This document shows, in pieces, positions 29,311 through 39,529 of a stretch of DNA of 64,000 nucleotides. Numbering within the stretch: the first letter of the stretch is position 1; every line of letters starts with the position of its first letter. The notes under the pieces are model-generated. The model saw only the letters and a list, made by a program, of their open reading frames with translations. It did not search any database and was not told the origin of the DNA. Position numbers and translations under genes: made by a program. Origin of the DNA: Halorarum halobium (GTDB lineage Archaea > Halobacteriota > Halobacteria > Halobacteriales > Haloferacaceae); the NCBI RefSeq assembly GCF_032116555.1, contig NZ_CP134949.1, positions 3,224,001-3,288,000 of the forward strand, given 5' to 3'.

Positions 29311-30509
29311 CCGACGATCTCGACCGCGCCGAGGAGGCCGACCCCGTCACCGACGGCGGGAGCACCGTCACCGAGACGGAACGGACCTCGGCCGGCGGTT
29401 CGGGGCTGGCGGGCCTGCGCGAGCGCGACGACTTCGTCGTGATCGCCACCGCCGCCGCGCTGGTCGTCTTCCCGTTCCTGCTCGTCGACGTGCTCGGCGT
29501 CGTCGGCGACCTCATCGGGATGTCGATCGGCGGCTACGCGGGCCTCCCGTCGCTCGTGCTCATCTACGGCATCATCGTCATCGGCTTCAACCTCCTGCTG
29601 GGCTACACCGGGCTGCTGTCGTTCGGCCACGCCGCCTTCTTCGGCTCGGCGGCCTACTCCGCGGCGCTGTTCAGCCAGATCGTCCCCAGCCCCATCCTGA
29701 TGGTGATCGTGGGGTCGCTCGTGGCGACGCTGCTCGCGTGGCCGATCGGATTCGTCTCGATCCGCCGCTCGGGCGTCTACTTCGCCGTCCTGACCCTGAC
29801 GTTCGGACAGGCGCTGTACTTCTACGCGCTCGGACCCGGCGCGTGGCTCACCAACGGCGACAACGGCTTCTCGGACGTGGCGGCCCACGGGCTGTTCCTC
29901 GGCGCGCTGCCGCTGGACGCCCCGCTGCTTCCGGTGTTCGACTCGTACACGGTGATGTACGCATTCACCGCCGTGATGATGCTGATCGCCGTCTGGGTCG
30001 GCAACCGCATCATCAACTCGCCGTACGGGCTCATCTTCGAGGCGCTGGGCGAGAACGAACAGCGCGTCGAGTTCGTCGGCCTGAACGTGTTCCGCTACAA
30101 GCTGATGGCGTTCGTCATCTCCGCGGTGTTCGCCGGCGTCGGCGGGGCGATGTTCCTCATCCACGAGCAGTACATCCACCCGACGACGGGGCTCTACTGG
30201 ATCCAGTCGGGCGACTTCGTCATCATGACGGTGCTCGGCGGCACCGGGAGCCTCATCGGGCCGGTGTTCGGCGCGTTCGTCTTCGAGTACGTCGCCAACG
30301 TCATCTCGGGCGTGAACCCGCCCGTCATCGGGCCCATCGGCTCGCTGTGGCGGTTCGTGCTCGGCGCGGTGTTCGTGTTCATCGTCTGGGTGTTCCCGCG
30401 GGGCATCTACGGCGCGCTCTCGGATCTCGGCGCCTGGCTCCTCGGGCGGAGCGGGGGCGGCGACGACGGCAGCGACCCCGCAGCGACCGACGGGGGTGAA
30501 TCGGAGTGA
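29307..30509 (+). CDS. livM: Branched-chain amino acid-type ABC permease (LivM-like)
   Basis: GFNLLLGYTGLLSFGHAAFFG and VYFAVLTL motifs. Confidence 0.88.
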   Translation: MTDDLDRAEEADPVTDGGSTVTETERTSAGGSGLAGLRERDDFVVIATAAALVVFPFLLVDVLGVVGDLIGMSIGGYAGLPSLVLIYGIIVIGFNLLLGYTGLLSFGHAAFFGSAAYSAALFSQIVPSPILMVIVGSLVATLLAWPIGFVSIRRSGVYFAVLTLTFGQALYFYALGPGAWLTNGDNGFSDVAAHGLFLGALPLDAPLLPVFDSYTVMYAFTAVMMLIAVWVGNRIINSPYGLIFEALGENEQRVEFVGLNVFRYKLMAFVISAVFAGVGGAMFLIHEQYIHPTTGLYWIQSGDFVIMTVLGGTGSLIGPVFGAFVFEYVANVISGVNPPVIGPIGSLWRFVLGAVFVFIVWVFPRGIYGALSDLGAWLLGRSGGGDDGSDPAATDGGESE

Positions 30510-31264
30510 CGCTGCTCCACACCGAGGGCCTGACCAAGCGGTTCGGCGGCCTCGTCGCCGTCGACGACGTGAGTTTCGACGTCGAGTCCGGCGAGACCCG
30601 GGCGGTCATCGGACCGAACGGGGCCGGCAAGTCGACGCTCATCAACTGCATCACGGGCGCGCTGGAGCCGACGGCGGGCTCGGTCGAGTTCGCGGGCGAG
30701 GACATCACCGCGCTCTCGCCCCACGAGACGGTCCAGGCGGGCGTCTCGAAGTCGTTCCAGACGGCGTCGATCTTCCCGGGGATGACCGTCCGCCAGAACG
30801 TCGAGATCGCCGCGCTCGGCTCCGAGCACGGCGCGTTCCAGTTCAACTTCCTGAACCGGCTCTCGGGGTTCGAGGCGGTCCACGACACCGCCGACCGGAT
30901 GCTGGAGTCGGTCGGCCTGCTCGGCGACGCGGACGTGGAGGCGGCGAGCCTCCCGTACGGCGACAAGCGCCGGCTGGAGATCGCCATCGCGCTGGCCTCC
31001 GAGCCCGAACTGCTGTTGATGGACGAACCGACCGCCGGCATGTCGCCGGACGAGACGGCCGACACCGTGGACCTCGTGGAACAGCTCCAGGAGGACCTCG
31101 GGCTCACGATCCTCATCGTGGAACACGATATGGAGATCATCTTCCGCATCGCCGACCGGATCCTGGTGTTGAACCGCGGCGAGGTGATCGCCGACGGGAC
31201 GCCGGACGAGGTACAGGAGAGCGACCAGGTGCAGGAGGCGTACCTCGGGGGTGTGGAGCTTTGA
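30506..31264 (+). CDS. livG: ABC ATP-binding protein (LivG-like)
   Basis: GPNGAGKST, LPYGDKR, DEPTAG and EHDM motifs. Confidence 0.92.
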   Translation: MTLLHTEGLTKRFGGLVAVDDVSFDVESGETRAVIGPNGAGKSTLINCITGALEPTAGSVEFAGEDITALSPHETVQAGVSKSFQTASIFPGMTVRQNVEIAALGSEHGAFQFNFLNRLSGFEAVHDTADRMLESVGLLGDADVEAASLPYGDKRRLEIAIALASEPELLLMDEPTAGMSPDETADTVDLVEQLQEDLGLTILIVEHDMEIIFRIADRILVLNRGEVIADGTPDEVQESDQVQEAYLGGVEL

Positions 31265-32103
31265 GCTCCGACTCCTCCGGGGCCGACGTCGACGCCGCGC
31301 CCGCCGAGGACGGGACGGCAAGCCACGCCGAGCGCGCCGCGGCGGCCGCAACGGCCGAGGACCACCTGCTCGCCGTCCGCGGGGTCGACGCCTACTACGG
31401 CCAGAGCCACATCCTCCGCGACCTCTCCATGCACATCGAGGAGGGGGAGGTTTGTACGCTGCTGGGTCGCAACGGCGCGGGCAAGACGACGACGCTCCGC
31501 TCCATCGCGGGGGCGCGTCCCCCCGACGTGCGCGATGGCAGCGTCGTGTACAAGGGCGAGGACATCACGGAGCACACGACCGAGGACGTCTCCTCGCTCG
31601 GCATCTCGCTGGTGCCCGAGGAGCGGCGGGTGTTCCCGAACCTGACAGTCGAGGAGAACCTCCACCTCTCGGACGTGGCCCGCAACTGGTCGAACGTCGT
31701 CGGCCGGAAGGTGTCGATGGACCACCCCGGGATGACGACGGGCGAGGTGTACGAGGTGTTCCCGCGCCTGGAGGAGCGCGCCTCACAGAAGGCGGGGACG
31801 CTCTCGGGCGGCGAACAGCAGATGCTCGCCATCGCCCGCGCGCTCAAACAGGACACCGACCTGCTGATGCTGGACGAGCCCTACGAGGGGCTGGCCCCCC
31901 AGATCATCCAGGCGGTCGAGGACGCCATCCGCCGCATCGCGGACGCGGGGACGACCATCCTGCTCGTCGAGCAGAACGCCGTCGCCGCGATGAACATCGC
32001 CGACCGCGCGTACGTCGTCGACCAGGGCAGCATCGTCTTCGCCGGCGGCTCCGAGGAGCTCCGGGGCGACGAAGCGACCCGGGAGCGGTATCTGGGTGTC
32101 TGA
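31261..32103 (+). CDS. livF: ABC ATP-binding protein (LivF-like)
   Basis: GRNGAGKTT, LSGGEQQ and VEQN motifs. Confidence 0.92.
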   Translation: MSSDSSGADVDAAPAEDGTASHAERAAAAATAEDHLLAVRGVDAYYGQSHILRDLSMHIEEGEVCTLLGRNGAGKTTTLRSIAGARPPDVRDGSVVYKGEDITEHTTEDVSSLGISLVPEERRVFPNLTVEENLHLSDVARNWSNVVGRKVSMDHPGMTTGEVYEVFPRLEERASQKAGTLSGGEQQMLAIARALKQDTDLLMLDEPYEGLAPQIIQAVEDAIRRIADAGTTILLVEQNAVAAMNIADRAYVVDQGSIVFAGGSEELRGDEATRERYLGV

Positions 32104-32106
32104 CCC

Positions 32107-32796
32107 GTGGCCGCAACCGACCCCGACGTCGACCCCGACGCGCTGCTCGACCGGCTCATCGCCGCCGACGTGGTCGACGAGGCCGACGACGGCGAACTCA
32201 CCGCGACGACGGAGTTCGAGTCCGCCCACGCGGTGTATCGCGACAGCTACCTCGAACTCGGCGACGAGGAGTTCCGGCGGTCGGTCGCGGACGTGTTCGA
32301 CATCGACGGGGCCGAGGCCGCCGACCGGATCGAGGAGCTCGGCGTCACCCGCGCCGAACTGGCCGCCTACCTGACGCTCCAGTCGTTCCTCGAGGAGCCG
32401 CCGGGCGCGGTCGAGCTGGCGACGATGGCCGCGATGGTCGTCGAGGTCGCGCCGCCCTCGCCCGTGCCCGACGGCCAGCGTGAACTCGAGGACGAGGACT
32501 ACGAGGCGTTCCTCGCCGAGCACGAGCGCGCGGTCGTGTTCGTCTGGAAGCGCGACTGCGTCCCGTGCGAGCGGATGAAGGACGATCTCGACGAACTGCT
32601 CGCGGAACTGCCCGAGGACCACGCGGTCGCGGGGGTCGACGGCGGCGCCGTGGGCGCGTTCCGCCGCGAGTTCGAGATCACCGCCGCGCCGACGACGCTC
32701 CGTTTCGCTGACGGCGAGCTGGTTGCCCGGGCGGAGGGCCGGCTGCGGGCCGATGGGTTCGCCGACCTGCTCGAACGCGCGTTCGGGGAGAACTGA
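32107..32796 (+). CDS. Thioredoxin-fold protein with N-terminal helical domain
   Basis: WKRDCVPC CxxC and AAPT cis-proline loop. Confidence 0.8.
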   Translation: MAATDPDVDPDALLDRLIAADVVDEADDGELTATTEFESAHAVYRDSYLELGDEEFRRSVADVFDIDGAEAADRIEELGVTRAELAAYLTLQSFLEEPPGAVELATMAAMVVEVAPPSPVPDGQRELEDEDYEAFLAEHERAVVFVWKRDCVPCERMKDDLDELLAELPEDHAVAGVDGGAVGAFRREFEITAAPTTLRFADGELVARAEGRLRADGFADLLERAFGEN

Positions 32797-32817
32797 CCGC
32801 GGGCCGCCGTTTTTCGT

Positions 32818-33219
32818 CTACGCTTCCGTCGGGACGCCGGTCACCATCACCGGCCGCCCGGCGTTGAGGATCACCGTCTGGGTGACGCTGCCGAACAGCG
32901 CCTTGCCCGCCGGCGAGCGTTTCCGCCCGCCGACGACGACGAGGTCTGCGTCATCCTCCTCGGCGAGTTCGAGGATCGCGTCGGCCGGGTCGCCGCTCGC
33001 CTCGCTGATCGACACGTCGACGCCCGCGGCCTTCAGCACCTCCTCCGCGTCCCGGACGGACGCGACCTGCGTGGCGGACGCGCCGCTCGGGTTGTCCTGG
33101 AAGACGTGGATGAGCGTGACCCGTTTCTCGTCGGACCCGCCGGGAAGGTTCGCGATCTCCCGGGCCGCGGATTCCGCGCGCTGCTCGTCCTCGTCGACGC
33201 CGAGTACGACGTGGTACAT
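32818..33219 (-). CDS. Universal stress protein (UspA family)
   Basis: DLVVVGGRKRSPAGKALFGSVTQTV. Confidence 0.92.
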   Translation of the reverse strand: MYHVVLGVDEDEQRAESAAREIANLPGGSDEKRVTLIHVFQDNPSGASATQVASVRDAEEVLKAAGVDVSISEASGDPADAILELAEEDDADLVVVGGRKRSPAGKALFGSVTQTVILNAGRPVMVTGVPTEA

Positions 33220-33311
33220 GTCCGCAACGAGACCCGGGCGGGGATTAGTCCTTTCGCCCGGAACCCCCCGAGAAACGGCAGGTTCCGCCGGCGAGCGTCG
33301 CCGCCGCCGAC

Positions 33312-33617
33312 TCACCCGTCCTCGATCGCGTGGGGGTCGCCGACGGTCCGGGAGACGACCACCACGAGCGAGAGCGGAACCCCGAGGACGACCGCGACGG
33401 TCACGCCGCCGTAGAGCGCGAAGCCGAGCGGCGAGAGCGGGACGGTGAACAGGCCGAACAGCGCCGGGGCCGAGAGCTCGTCGACGAACACCGGCACGAG
33501 CGCGCCGCCGACGGTGCCCACGCCGACGAGGAGCGCGTAGAGGGTGAGGACGAGCCGTCGACCGCCCCCGCCGGCCGGGGCGTCCTCACCGTCGTCCGAG
33601 TCGGTCGATCCGGTCAT
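33312..33617 (-). CDS. Small membrane protein (cox-cluster-associated type)
   Basis: Two TM segments; PLGFALYG motif. Confidence 0.7.
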   Translation of the reverse strand: MTGSTDSDDGEDAPAGGGGRRLVLTLYALLVGVGTVGGALVPVFVDELSAPALFGLFTVPLSPLGFALYGGVTVAVVLGVPLSLVVVVSRTVGDPHAIEDG

Positions 33618-33771
33618 GCGCGACCTTGGGCCGGTCCGCGAATAGGACTTTCCGTTCGCCGGACGCACTCTCCCCTGGCGTCCCGGCGTCGCCGCCGTCT
33701 CCCCGATAGAACTTAAATTGCCGAATCATATCGGCGAAAGGTCGGTGGTTCCCGCCCGAGCGGGAGTTAGT

Positions 33772-34362
33772 ATGACCCGTCCCCGATCATGGCTGTCGGT
33801 CGCTGGCGTCGCGGGGCCGACCGTACTGCTGGCGGCGTTCGCGCTCGCCGCGGCCGCTTCTCCCGAGTTCGACGGTCCGACTGATCCGTTCTCGGTGGCC
33901 GGGGCCGGCGAGGGCGTCGTCGCGGTCGCGTTCAACGCGGGGCTCGTGCTCGGCGGCCTGCTCGCGCTCGCGTTCGTGCCCTGGCTCCGCGAGGAGTACG
34001 GCCGCGTCGTCGCCCTCGCGTACGGCCTCGTCGCGGCGTCGTTCGCGGCCGCCGGCGTCTTCCCCGTCGGGTCCGGCCTCCACTGGGTCGCGGCGGTCGC
34101 GTTCGTCGGCGCTCCGGTCGTGCTGCTGGCGGCCGCCGTCGTCGACTGGCGGGCTGGCCGGCCCAGAATCGCCGTCCTGGTGGCCGGACTGGGTGCAGTC
34201 TCGCTCGGCGTCTGGCTCCCGTACGACCTCCAGATGGCCTCCCTGCAGATCGGCTACGCCGTCGCCGAGTTCCTCAGCGTCGCCGCCCTGGCCGCCTGGG
34301 GCGGACTGTGTGCCGGGTCACTCCGGGGGGCGGACGGCGAGCCATCGAGCGCCGATCGCTGA
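33772..34362 (+). CDS. Multi-pass membrane protein (DUF998-like)
   Basis: FNAGLVLGG and GVFP..LH motifs; several TM segments. Confidence 0.7.
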   Translation: MTRPRSWLSVAGVAGPTVLLAAFALAAAASPEFDGPTDPFSVAGAGEGVVAVAFNAGLVLGGLLALAFVPWLREEYGRVVALAYGLVAASFAAAGVFPVGSGLHWVAAVAFVGAPVVLLAAAVVDWRAGRPRIAVLVAGLGAVSLGVWLPYDLQMASLQIGYAVAEFLSVAALAAWGGLCAGSLRGADGEPSSADR

Positions 34363-34567
34363 CGCGTCGTCCGCGGGGCCCGTGTCGGGGCGACCGCGAC
34401 CTGGTCCGTCTTCGAGCGGAACATGTCGCCGCAGGCCGTCTGACGCCCGTCAGACGGACGTCTTGCCTAGGACTTTGGTCCTCGATACCGCACACCACGA
34501 CGAATGTCAGCAGGTCACGGGAGGGTGCCCGACTAACTGCCGGCCGTCCTCCAGGAGGGGAGCAACC

Positions 34568-35098
34568 ATGCCACGAGCATCCACCGTCGAGAGGGGGGGA
34601 ACCGAATCAGGGACGATGCGGACCGGAACGCGAGCGGGTGAGCCGGGGGGCGGGTCGACATCCACCGACCCGCCACCGTCCCCGGAGAGGACCGACCTCC
34701 CGCGGGACCTCGTGTTCAGGCTGCTGTCGGCCACTCGCCGACGCAGGGTACTCGAAGTTCTGGACGAGAACGGCGGCGCCGCGACGCTGGGGGTCGCAGC
34801 CGAACGTGTCGCCGCCGCGGAGAACGGCGTGCCGGTCGAACGGCTCTCCTCGGACCAGCGAAAGCGCGTCTACGTCGGGCTCTACCAGAACCACCTGCCG
34901 AAACTCGACGACGCGAACGTGATCGACTTCGACCCCGCGAGGGGGAGGATCGAACTCGGGGAACGAGCCGACCTGCTGTTCCCCTACCTCTACTTCGACC
35001 CCGACGCGGCCGAGCGAACGCCGTCGGACGGGGGACCCGGCGGCCTCGACCGACTACACGCGCTCGCTGCCGCGCTCGTGAACCGGGTTCCGCTGTGA
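34568..35098 (+). CDS. Haloarchaeal winged-helix-like protein
   Basis: LLSATRRRRVL and RKRVYVGLYQNHLPKLDDANVIDFD motifs; start codon uncertain. Confidence 0.8.
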   Translation: MPRASTVERGGTESGTMRTGTRAGEPGGGSTSTDPPPSPERTDLPRDLVFRLLSATRRRRVLEVLDENGGAATLGVAAERVAAAENGVPVERLSSDQRKRVYVGLYQNHLPKLDDANVIDFDPARGRIELGERADLLFPYLYFDPDAAERTPSDGGPGGLDRLHALAAALVNRVPL

Positions 35099-35158
35099 GC
35101 CGACACCGCGTGCTCGCCGGCCGGCCGCTTATTGCCGTCCCGGCCGTAGTCGAACGGG

Positions 35159-35755
35159 ATGGCCGATCCCAACCAGGAGGTGCTCGAGGAGCTACGGCAC
35201 GGCGGCCGGTCCATGTTGATCGAGGAGGTCGTCTCCCTCCTCGAGCGGACTCACAGGGGGGACCGACCGGGGGTGTCGCGCGAGACGGTCACGGCGTACG
35301 CCGACGCCCTCGAGGAGGACCCCGAGCAGCGGTTCGACCGGGAGACGTTTCACGAGGAGCTCGAAGCGAGCCTGACTGACAGCGACACGTGGGAGGACCC
35401 CGACAGCCTCTACCGGATCGGGGACGGGCACCTGAGCTGCTACCCGCCGGTCTGGCACGGCCGACTCGGCGGGACGACCGACGTGCGGGCGTACGTCGAG
35501 TTCCTCCAGGAGGAGGCCCCCGAGTTCGATGACGGCTTCGAGCGCGGCGGGGCGGGGGAGGGGATCCCCCAGCAGCCGCTGCTCGACGTGGTCGCCACCG
35601 TCGGACGGGTCGACCGCGGGGTGGTGAAAGCGGAGCTGAAGGAGCTCCGCCAACGGGGGGAACTGGTGGAGGACGCCGATCAGCACCCCAACGCCGGCGT
35701 CATGCTCCGCGACGATGGCGGGGAGCAGTACCGGGACACGAGCCTCGACACGTAG
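35159..35755 (+). CDS. Hypothetical acidic protein
   Basis: 198-aa acidic ORF with haloarchaeal codon usage. Confidence 0.75.
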   Translation: MADPNQEVLEELRHGGRSMLIEEVVSLLERTHRGDRPGVSRETVTAYADALEEDPEQRFDRETFHEELEASLTDSDTWEDPDSLYRIGDGHLSCYPPVWHGRLGGTTDVRAYVEFLQEEAPEFDDGFERGGAGEGIPQQPLLDVVATVGRVDRGVVKAELKELRQRGELVEDADQHPNAGVMLRDDGGEQYRDTSLDT

Positions 35756-35868
35756 AACCGTCCCGCGAGCACGCTCGTGTTCCCGTCCCGCCGTGTCGAC
35801 GACGCCACCGGGAGGCGACGGACGACCCGGAACGACGGGTCTTTGCCCCCGCCGCACCGACTCCCGGT

Positions 35869-35955
35869 ATGAGCGACAAGGACCTCCTCGGCGTGATTCT
35901 CGGCGGCATCGCGTTCCTGATGTTCGCGACCGGTCTCGTCCTCGTGCTGGTCTGA
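35869..35955 (+). CDS. Putative 28-aa single-TM microprotein
   Basis: MSDKDLLGVILGGIAFLMFATGLVLVLV with GC-rich third codon positions. Confidence 0.5.
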   Translation: MSDKDLLGVILGGIAFLMFATGLVLVLV

Positions 35956-36053
35956 GAATCGGCAAGTGGACCGGATGCCCTCGCCCGGAACGTCGAGGGA
36001 ACGGTTCGTCGTCGGCCAGAACGGGTGAAATCGAACCCGGAGCGTGGGCCGCG

Positions 36054-37826
36054 TTACTCCCCGTCGTGCTCCGCGTCCTCGCCGCCGTCGGCCCGGACGT
36101 CCTCCTCACGGCCGCCGTCGACCACCGCGGTCTCGCGCTGCCGTTCGAACCAGTCCCACTCGGCGGTGTTGAGGTTCTTGTCCGCGAGCTTCCAGGGGTC
36201 GCCGCTCTGCACGTGCTGGCCCTCCATCCAGGAGACGAACAGGTTGTACACCCAGATGAGCCCGCCGACGAACAGCAGCGCGGCCCCGAGCGTCGTGATC
36301 TGGTGGAGCGTGGCGAACTGCGGCAGGTACGTCGCGTACCGGCGCGGCATGCCACCGTAGCCCAGCAGCACCATGGCGAAGAACGTGATGTTGGTGCCGA
36401 CCATCCAGAGCCAGAAGTGGGCCTTCGCGAGGCTGCGCTGGTACCAGCGCCCGGTGACGAGCGGGAACCAGTAGTAGATGCCCGCCATGCCGGCGAACGT
36501 GATCGCGCCCATCACGATGTAGTGGAAGTGGCCGACGACGTAGTACGTGTCGTGGAGCACGAGGTCGACCGGCACCGACGCGAGGAACACGCCGGTGACC
36601 CCGCCGATGATGAAGTTGGAGACGAAGCCGATACAGAACAGCATCGGCGTGGTGAGCCGGAGGTCGCCGTTCCACATCGTCGTGATCCAGTTGAACGTCT
36701 TCACCGCCGAGGGGATGGCGATGGCGAGCGAGACCGCCATGAAGCTGGCGCGGAGCCGCGGGTCGATGCCCGTGGCGAACATGTGGTGGGCCCAGACGCC
36801 GAAGGAGAGCACGCCGATGGCGAGCGTCGAGTAGACGACGAACTTGAAGCCGAACAGCTTCCGGCCCGAGAACCGCGGCAGGACGTAGCTGATGATCCCC
36901 ATCGGCGGCAGCACGAGGATGTACACCTCCGGGTGGCCGAAGAACCAGAACAGGTGCTGCCAGAGGATGGGATCGCCCCCGCCGACGGCGAAGAACGTCG
37001 TCCCGAAGTTCCGGTCGAGCAGCAACATGACCAGCGCGCTCCCGAGCAGCGGGAACGCGAACAGGATGAGTCCCGACTGGGTGAGGATCGTCCACGAGAA
37101 GATGTCGAGGTTGGCCCAGGTGACCTCCTCGGCGCGCTCGGTGAAGATGGTCGCGATGAAGTTCACCGCGCCCATCGTCGCCGAGACCCCGGTCAGGTGG
37201 AGCCCCAGCAGCATGAGGTCGACGCCGACGTTCGCCTGGTTGCCGGCACCCACGCCGGCAGAAAGCGGCGTGTACATCGTCCAGGCCGTCTGGGCCGGGA
37301 TGACGTCGGGAATCGGGAAGAAGCCCGCCCAGATGAGCAGCGCGCCGGGCGGCAACAGCCAGAACGCGATGGCGTTGATGCGGGGGAACGCCATGTCGTC
37401 CGCGCCGATGATGAGCGGGATGAGGTAGTTCGCGAACGCCGCGATGATCGGCGTCCCGAACAGGAACAGCATCGTGATGCCGTGGCTCGTCAGGAGCGAG
37501 TTGTAGAACGTCGCGGAGCCGAGCACGTCCTCGGCGGGGGTGGTGAGCTCCGCGCGCATGAGCATCACCATCAGCCCGCCGACGACGAACGCGATGGTCG
37601 CATAGAGGCCGTACAGAAGTCCGATGTCCTTGTGGTCGACGGTGGTGAGCCACCGGATCAGCCCCGCGGGCTTCTCGCGGTGTGCGTAGCCGGACTCACC
37701 GACGCCCCCGCCGGCGCCGAGCGGGGTGTAGGACCGCCAGTCCTCGACCCTGGCGAGGAAGGCGGCCACGCCCACGAGGAACGCCCCCATGAGCACCGTC
37801 AACAGGAGTTGGCCGGTTGCCTGCAT
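36054..37826 (-). CDS. coxA: Heme-copper (cytochrome c-type) oxidase subunit I
   Basis: GHPEVY, WAHH, GHFH and MPRRY motifs. Confidence 0.96.
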   Translation of the reverse strand: MQATGQLLLTVLMGAFLVGVAAFLARVEDWRSYTPLGAGGGVGESGYAHREKPAGLIRWLTTVDHKDIGLLYGLYATIAFVVGGLMVMLMRAELTTPAEDVLGSATFYNSLLTSHGITMLFLFGTPIIAAFANYLIPLIIGADDMAFPRINAIAFWLLPPGALLIWAGFFPIPDVIPAQTAWTMYTPLSAGVGAGNQANVGVDLMLLGLHLTGVSATMGAVNFIATIFTERAEEVTWANLDIFSWTILTQSGLILFAFPLLGSALVMLLLDRNFGTTFFAVGGGDPILWQHLFWFFGHPEVYILVLPPMGIISYVLPRFSGRKLFGFKFVVYSTLAIGVLSFGVWAHHMFATGIDPRLRASFMAVSLAIAIPSAVKTFNWITTMWNGDLRLTTPMLFCIGFVSNFIIGGVTGVFLASVPVDLVLHDTYYVVGHFHYIVMGAITFAGMAGIYYWFPLVTGRWYQRSLAKAHFWLWMVGTNITFFAMVLLGYGGMPRRYATYLPQFATLHQITTLGAALLFVGGLIWVYNLFVSWMEGQHVQSGDPWKLADKNLNTAEWDWFERQRETAVVDGGREEDVRADGGEDAEHDGE

Positions 37827-37886
37827 GGGAGCGATTCAGGTTCGGAGGCACAAGAAAGATTCGAGTCGTGCGCGGTAGCCGTGCGC

Positions 37887-38291
37887 CTACCGGCTGCCGG
37901 TTTCGGAGCCGCTCGCGGCCGATTCCTCGGCCGTCTCGCCGTCCTCGACCGTGCTCGGTTCCCCATCGGCCAGGTCCCCCTCGGGGGCCTCGTCGCCGTG
38001 CGCCTCGGCCTCGGCGCGGGTCCGGGCGTCATCCATGGTCGCCTGTCCCTGGAAGTACATCTCGGCGCGCTTCTCGTCGCCGGCGATCGCCTTTCCGGAC
38101 ACGTACGTCAGGAGCGCGAGCGCGACGAACGGAACCACGAGCAGGCCCATGGCGACGAGCTGCCCGAACTGGTCGAGGCTCGCCCACGGGTTGAAGATGA
38201 GGAACCCGACGGCGAAAAACAGGATGATGCCCAGCGGGATGACGTTGACCGTCAGGTCCAGCAGGGTCTCCCTGTCGAAGATGCGTGCCAT
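37887..38291 (-). CDS. cox-cluster membrane protein
   Basis: FDRETLLDLTVNVIPL followed by two TM segments; directly upstream of coxA. Confidence 0.8.
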   Translation of the reverse strand: MARIFDRETLLDLTVNVIPLGIILFFAVGFLIFNPWASLDQFGQLVAMGLLVVPFVALALLTYVSGKAIAGDEKRAEMYFQGQATMDDARTRAEAEAHGDEAPEGDLADGEPSTVEDGETAEESAASGSETGSR

Positions 38292-38496
38292 GAACGGGCC
38301 TTGGACAGCGCGCCCAAATACCTTGTCGATTCCGTCCCACCCGGTGTCCTCACGCGCCCCGGTGGACTACTCCGTCGGGAGACGCCTCCCTCGTCCGCTA
38401 TCGACTAACCCACGTCGACTACGCCGACCACGCCGAGTCGGCAAAACCGCGTCGACCACGGCGCACGGCCCTCGGTTCCGAACGGGGGTCGCGTCC

Positions 38497-38856
38497 TCAA
38501 AACGAGAGCAGTTCGCCCGCCAGCGCGGCCAGCAGCATGACGACCCCGGCACCGATCGTGGCGTAGCCGCGCGGCGCGAGCGCGGCCCCGGTCAGCGGGT
38601 CCGCCCACACGAACGCGCCGCCGAGCGCGACCGCGAGGAGGGCGATGACGCCGAGCGCCCGCCAGGCCGTCCCGGCGTACCCCGACTCGGCGAGCATTCC
38701 CGCGATGCTTCCGCCAAAGAGGATGACCCCGCCGACGGCCAGCGGGATGAGCCCGAACAGCAGACCCAGTTCGGCGATGGGGAGCCCCAGCGCCACGAAC
38801 AGCGGCCACGGGCTCGCCATCCGGTACTGGTCGCTCAGGCCCGGGTTCTCGTCCAT
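38497..38856 (-). CDS. cox-cluster membrane protein
   Basis: MDENPGLSDQYRMASPWPLFVALG; several TM segments. Confidence 0.8.
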   Translation of the reverse strand: MDENPGLSDQYRMASPWPLFVALGLPIAELGLLFGLIPLAVGGVILFGGSIAGMLAESGYAGTAWRALGVIALLAVALGGAFVWADPLTGAALAPRGYATIGAGVVMLLAALAGELLSF

Positions 38857-38922
38857 GGCCGCAGTAGCGTGCTGTGAGTTGTAAGCGCGTCGGTGTGGAC
38901 GCCAGGCGTCGAGCACGTCGCG

Positions 38923-38964
38923 GACGAGGGAAACGTGGCCGAAGGAGACGAGGGAAACGTGGCC
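38923..38964. repeat. Short direct repeat (18 bp x2, period 24)
   Basis: GACGAGGGAAACGTGGCC at 38923 and 38947. Confidence 0.7.
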
Positions 38965-38998
38965 CGAGAGGACAGAGAGACGAGGAGGACCGGCCCGT

Positions 38999-39202
38999 TC
39001 AGGGCATGTTGACGCCGTGCCGGGAGAGGTAGTTCGAGACGGCCTTGATCTCCACGGGGCTGCCGATGATGCGACACTGGCTGTCGGTCTCGCGGAACAC
39101 GGTCACGGTGAACTCGGCTTCCAGTTCGGCACGGACGGGATCGATCGCGTCACAGGGGAGGACGATCTGTGTGCTGTCGCGGAGACTGGAGGGATCGGGC
39201 AT
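38999..39202 (-). CDS. Conserved small haloarchaeal protein
   Basis: MPDPSSLRDSTQIVLP...RIIGSPVEIK. Confidence 0.8.
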   Translation of the reverse strand: MPDPSSLRDSTQIVLPCDAIDPVRAELEAEFTVTVFRETDSQCRIIGSPVEIKAVSNYLSRHGVNMP

Positions 39203-39529
39203 CTCGTATTGTATTCAGGCAATCTGGCGCGGCGTATAACCGTGTCGAAGTGCGAATATGGTGGTTCTGGAGCCTCAAACGCCGGAAAATTGGAAAATCG
39301 TTACCGGGACGTGTGTTGGATACTCTACAAGTATCGGTCGGCGGGTCGGCTTCCCCGTCCCCCGGCGACTTCCTCCAGCGGCGGCCACGACGGGAGAGTC
39401 TACCGGACGGGCGGAGGTGGCCGAAACCGGGGAAGGGCATCGGATCGACGGCCGCGGTCTCGGAGGCGGTCGACGGCCTACCGTATCGAAGGAAAGCGTT
39501 TAGGCGCACGCACGGCCGAGACGGAGGTA

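Noticed and set aside
38923..38995. Short direct repeats as a mobile element end
   Set aside because: There are only two exact 18-bp copies and no associated element, so local slippage is the simplest explanation.
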